DNA of 64,000 bases from Hormiphora californensis. Its lineage: Eukaryota > Animalia > Ctenophora. Positions within the stretch are counted from its first letter, which is position 1, and each line of letters begins with the position of its first letter. Both the position numbers and the translations under genes were made by a program. Below the pieces are notes generated by a model. The model was not told where the DNA came from. It made no database searches and saw only the letters and a program-made list of their open reading frames with translations. The DNA is taken from assembly GCA_020137815.1 (NCBI GenBank), contig CM035361.1, forward strand, positions 4,588,001 to 4,652,000. Reading direction: 5' to 3'. This document shows, piece by piece, positions 61,266 through 64,000 of the stretch.

Positions 61266-61711
61266 GAGAGAGAAGGCAGTCGGAGAGAGAGAGAGAGCGA
61301 CGAGCGCGAGAGAGACGAGAGCGAGAGATGAGAGAGCAGAGCGAGAGAGAGCGGACGAGAGAGAGGAGAGGAAGGAGAAGAGGCGCGAAGCGAGAGAGAG
61401 AGCGAGAAAAGAGCAGAGGAGGACTATCATCTCTATCGCATCTCAGACTATCTGCCCTATCTAAGACTCTCTCTCGCTTCGCATCTCTTCTCTATAATCT
61501 CTCTCCTTCTTCTCATCTCTCTTCTCCCCCTCTCTCTCTCCCTCTCTCTCCCCTATCTCTCTTTCCCTCCAGGAAATGACGTGTTTGCAGTGTATGCTGG
61601 TGTGAAGGCCGCTCGTGCCCTTGCACTGGAGCACTCCTGCCCTGTTCTGATTGAGTTGATGACGTACCGGGTGGGCCACCATTCTACTAGTGACGATTCT
61701 ACTGCATACCG
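42878..61711 (+). CDS. BCKDHA: Branched-chain 2-oxoacid dehydrogenase E1 alpha subunit, mitochondrial (3' incomplete)
   Basis: Exons 42878-42968 (MFRPAARLL.. transit peptide), 43685-43797, 46226-46373 ([12 protein letters not shown]), 47323-47444 (QYREVGV), 51450-51590 (KGRQMPIHY), 60609-60712 ([10 protein letters not shown], ThDP motif), 60844-60947 (NNGYAIST), 61573-61711 ([13 protein letters not shown] phosphorylation loop). All phase-compatible. Confidence 0.97.
43135..43678. repeat. 14-bp minisatellite (aacaaccatcccta) abutting the exon 2 acceptor
   Basis: About 38 tandem copies. Confidence 0.9.
44128..44889 (-). CDS. Intronless 253-aa ORF of unknown function nested antisense in BCKDHA intron 2
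   Basis: ATG-to-stop ORF; TATATAAG ~65 bp upstream (44955-44962); His/Asn/Arg-rich N-terminus, S/P/Y internal duplication, CxC...CxxH residues and a basic C-terminus. Family not recognised. Confidence 0.5.
   Translation of the reverse strand: MANLNRSFNHHNRNRISRGGASSKSFNHHDKNNVRHHRGYYSEPLPQPSFSTSYYSPPSYSLSTPYSFNTPPSYSFNTSSPPSNSLSTPYSFNTPPSYSFNTSSPPSYSSPSSGLCPREEGVDKPTVMIHYMPHRTFETPIVCTCVRTLRGSMPDLSTVNNKTTSNKEFIQSVRDVYALADALGKTCPTHPRDHRNERKRKSDQVRKMLLKPLRALKKKISGKPTVMPDSFVIRPSKEPYTRFSVTVCDTLAL
45071..46035. repeat. ~320-bp diverged direct duplication (45071-45388 and 45713-46035)
   Basis: Both copies start ggaatacactaatcaccagcggtactacgtcacg and end near ttcagctagcc. Confidence 0.85.
46358..46992 (+). 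repeat. 50-bp tandem array of the BCKDHA exon 3 donor junction (13 copies including the real one)
   Basis: Unit GAGGCTGCAGTWGTAG|gtaggtgaaattggggaacctataggttgtttag. Confidence 0.95.
48558..49856 (-). mobile_element. Non-autonomous ORF1-only LINE-like element (CR1/L2-type ORF1)
   Basis: TSD GGTGGAC (48551-48557, 49857-49863); short 5' UTR; single ORF; 3' stem-loop; 3' tail of 11-bp tandem repeats (caaaaccgtgt). Confidence 0.8.
48784..49824 (-). CDS. LINE ORF1-like protein (coiled coil plus RRM/CTD-like region)
   Basis: Intact ORF from ATG 49824. Coiled coil followed by NLIVFGLPE...RLG...RPIRVTL...LLRKARQLR...[12 protein letters not shown], typical of non-LTR ORF1p. Confidence 0.8.
   Translation of the reverse strand: MSNRSNDELLMRSGKHLTIDLHKIAARHLCHDIAELAQVLRLDDADEDDNNWDTVRDLYRKARKGLVIGRTRDSEIKEMSEEEMRRALGKCYYLLFHKVLFRVYNDAVSNKKGKEVHVEAAEAEESFRSANSSMTEEMTSLKDELLKCQREVNQLQKQIIDMQSEELKSVRSVTETVQKDLNSWSAVVAQNCAAATAPRKIGAALRTPQPPKEDSRAKNLIVFGLPEEENETVTDRVLTVFEELDEKPPISSSCRLGTAAEGKTRPIRVTLESRDSVLTLLRKARQLRSSEIYSRVYLCPDRTIEERRERRENLQTLEKLRRDNPERQFELKRGVIQFLCNGPTNS
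52363..54460. repeat. 70-bp pyrimidine-rich satellite, ~30 nearly identical copies
   Basis: Unit cctccaatcttccatctccctccaacaggactatccctctatctccctctcctatctccatctctctatt. Confidence 0.95.
56037..57130 (+). CDS. Intronless carbohydrate sulfotransferase-like gene (Sulfotransfer_2 / CHST8-14 type) nested in BCKDHA intron 5; two +1 frameshifts (pseudogene or assembly error)
   Basis: Type II TM anchor; 3'-PB-like [13 protein letters not shown]; [14 protein letters not shown]...E; C-terminal [11 protein letters not shown]. Three consecutive frames are joined by indels near 56569 and ~56760. Confidence 0.7.
57622..59983. mobile_element. 2.36-kb Mutator/foldback-like non-autonomous element with internal TTAGGG tracts
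   Basis: 9-bp TSD TTATAAACC (57613-57621, 59984-59992); modular 300-460-bp TIRs built from ccctccctgccgac units; internal ggttagaaaNNatcgaattccgt repeats. Confidence 0.8.
60385..60452 (+). repeat. Partial duplicate of the BCKDHA exon 6 acceptor and 5' half
   Basis: actataactgtacag|GTATCGGTAGCG...GTCCATGCA is identical in its exon part to 60609-60662, 210 nt downstream. Confidence 0.9.
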
Positions 61712-63375
61712 GTAATTGATCTGCCTCTCTCCCCCTGACCCCACTCTTCCTTCTCCTACTATATCTCTCTTTCTAAACCCCATATCGGGTGGGCCACCAT
61801 TCTACTAGTGACGATTCTACTGCATACCGGTAATTGATCTGCGTCTCTCCCCCTGACCCCACTCTTCCTTCTCCTACTATATCTCTCTTTCTAAACCCCA
61901 TATCGGGTGGGCCACCATTCTACTAGTGACGATTCTACTGCATACCGGTAATTGATCTGCGTCTCTCCCCCTGACCCCACTCTTCCTTCTCCTACTATAT
62001 CTCTCTTTCTAAACCCCATATCGGGTGGGCCACCATTCTACTAGTGACGATTCTACTGCATACCGGTAATTGATCTGCGTCTCTCCCCCTGGACCCCACT
62101 CTTCCTTCTCCTACTATATCTCTCTTTCTAAACCCCATACCGGGTGGGCCACCATTCTACTAGTGACGATTCTACTGCATACCGGTAATTGATCTGCCCT
62201 CTCTCCCCCTGACCCCACTCTTCCTTCTCCTACTATATCTCTCTTTCTAAACCCCATATCGGGTGGGCCACCATTCTACTAGTGACGATTCTACTGCATA
62301 CCGGTAATGATCTGCGTCTCTCCCCCTGACCCCACTCTTCCTTCTCCTACTATATCTCTCTTTCTAAACCCCCATACCGGGTGGGCCACCATTCTACTAG
62401 TGACGATTCTACTGCATACGGTAATTGATCTGCGTCTCTCCCCCTTGACCCCACTCTTCCTTCTCCTACTATATCTCTCTTTCTAAACCCCATATCGGGT
62501 GGGCCACCATTCTACTAGTGACGATTCTACTGCATACCGGTAATTGATCTGCCTCTCTCCCCCTGACCCCACTCTTCCTTCTCCTACTATATCTCTCTTT
62601 CTAAACCCCATATCGGGTGGGCCACCATTCTACTAGTGACGATTCTACTGCATACCGGTAATTGATCTGCCTCTCTCCCCCTCACCCCACTCTTCCTTCT
62701 CCTACTATATCTCTCTTTCTAAACCCCATACCGGGTGGGCCACCATTCTACTAGTGACGATTCTACTGCATACCGGTAATTGATCTGCCTCTCTCCCCCT
62801 GACCCCACTCTTCCTTCTCCTACTATATCTCTCTTTCTAAACCCCATATCGGGTGGGCCACCATTCTACTAGTGACGATTCTACTGCATACCGGTAATTG
62901 ATCTGCCTCTCTCCCCCTGACCCCACTCTTCCTTCTCCTACTATATCTCTCTTTCTAAACCCCATACCGGGTGGGCCACCATTCTACTAGTGACGATTCT
63001 ACTGCATACCGGTAATTGATCTGCCTCTCTCCCTCTGACCCCACTCTTCCTTCTCCTACTATATCTCTCTTTCTAAACCCCATATCGGGTGGGCCACCAT
63101 TCTACTAGTGACGATTCTACTACATACCGGTAATTGATCTGCGTCTCTCCCCCTGACCCCACTCTTCCTTATCCTACTATATCTCTCTTTCTAAACCCCA
63201 TATCGGGTGGGCCACCATTCTACTAGTGACGATTCTACTGCATACCGGTAATTGATCTGCCTCTCTCCCCCTGACCCCACTCTTCCTTCTCCTACTATAT
63301 CTCTCTTTCTAAACCCCATATCGGGTGGGCCACCATTCTACTAGTGACGATTCTACTGCATACCGGTAATTGATC
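61665..63375 (+). repeat. 118-bp tandem array of the BCKDHA exon 8 3' end plus donor (15 copies including the real one)
   Basis: Unit TAYCGGGTGGGCCACCATTCTACTAGTGACGATTCTACTGCATACCG|gtaattgatctgc...aaacccca. Confidence 0.95.
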
Positions 63376-63527
63376 AATTAATACTATACTGCCTCTCTCC
63401 CCCAATCTGACCGCACTCCCCCACCTTTCTCCCAACTTCTACTTTCTCACTGCTCCCCACTCCCACTTTCCCTCTAAACCCCCTCTCCACCCACTCCCCA
63501 CTCTCACCACCCCTCCCTCTCCACTCT

Positions 63528-63717
63528 CTCCCTAATACAGAAGTATAGATGAGGTAAACTACTGATCCCACTATCCCCACTCTACCCCACTCCTAACCCT
63601 CCCTCTAAACCCCCACTTTACCCCACTCCCATTCTACCCCACTCTCACCACCCCTCCCTCCCCACCCCCACCCTCGCCACTCTCCCTAATACAGAAGTAT
63701 AGATGAGGTAAACTACT
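63528..63717 (+). repeat. Two truncated copies of the BCKDHA exon 9 acceptor and start
   Basis: ctccctaatacag|AAGTATAGATGAGGTAAACTACT at 63541 and 63695 encodes (R)SIDEVNY and then stops; the complete exon must lie beyond the window. Confidence 0.8.
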
Positions 63718-64000
63718 AATCCCACTATCCCCACTCCCACTCTACCCCACTCCTGTCTCCTCCTAACCCTCCCTCTACTCCCACTCTACCCACTCCTCCT
63801 AACCCTCCCTCTAAACCCCCACTTTACCCCACTCCCACTCTACCCCACTCCTCCTAACCCTCCCTCTAAACCCCCACTCCCACTCTACCCCACTGTTCCT
63901 AACCCTCCCTCTAAACCCCCACTCCCACTCTACCCCACTGTTCCTAACCCTCCCTCTAAACCCCTACTCCCTCTCTACCCCACTGTTCCTAACCCTCCCT

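Noticed and set aside
46358-63375. CRISPR-like interpretation of the regular arrays
   Set aside because: Units are wholly repeated with no unique spacers, there are no cas genes, and the context is eukaryotic.

Overview
Repeat-rich, intron-rich eukaryotic (animal) genomic DNA. From recall of its ~110-bp MITE and of an expanded secreted-protein repeat domain it is most likely a ctenophore (Pleurobrachia-like); this is an inference, not a search result. Spliced genes reconstructed by hand with phase-compatible GT-AG junctions: (1) a calponin-homology (CH) domain protein (+, 5' end upstream of the window, ends at 21023) with a 40-copy coding minisatellite; (2) a secreted three-repeat + sushi protein (-) nested in one of its introns; (3) ABHD12-like lipase (-); (4) SLC22-like MFS transporter (+); (5) BCKDHA (+, 3' end beyond the window). 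BCKDHA introns host an orphan ORF, an ORF1-only LINE-like element and an intronless carbohydrate sulfotransferase. Introns are full of non-autonomous TIR/foldback elements with readable TSDs. Most unusual: (a) five BCKDHA splice junctions are duplicated, three as 13-15-copy tandem arrays whose exon-derived parts vary almost only at synonymous third positions; (b) an apparent intron created by a MITE landing in a sushi-domain exon, with MITE-derived codons restoring the Cys; (c) a 223-bp TSD-flanked insert carrying a minimal hammerhead ribozyme; (d) dense CArG, CRE and X-box palindromes in and around the CH-domain gene. Three otherwise intact genes carry four single-base frameshifts, probably assembly indels.
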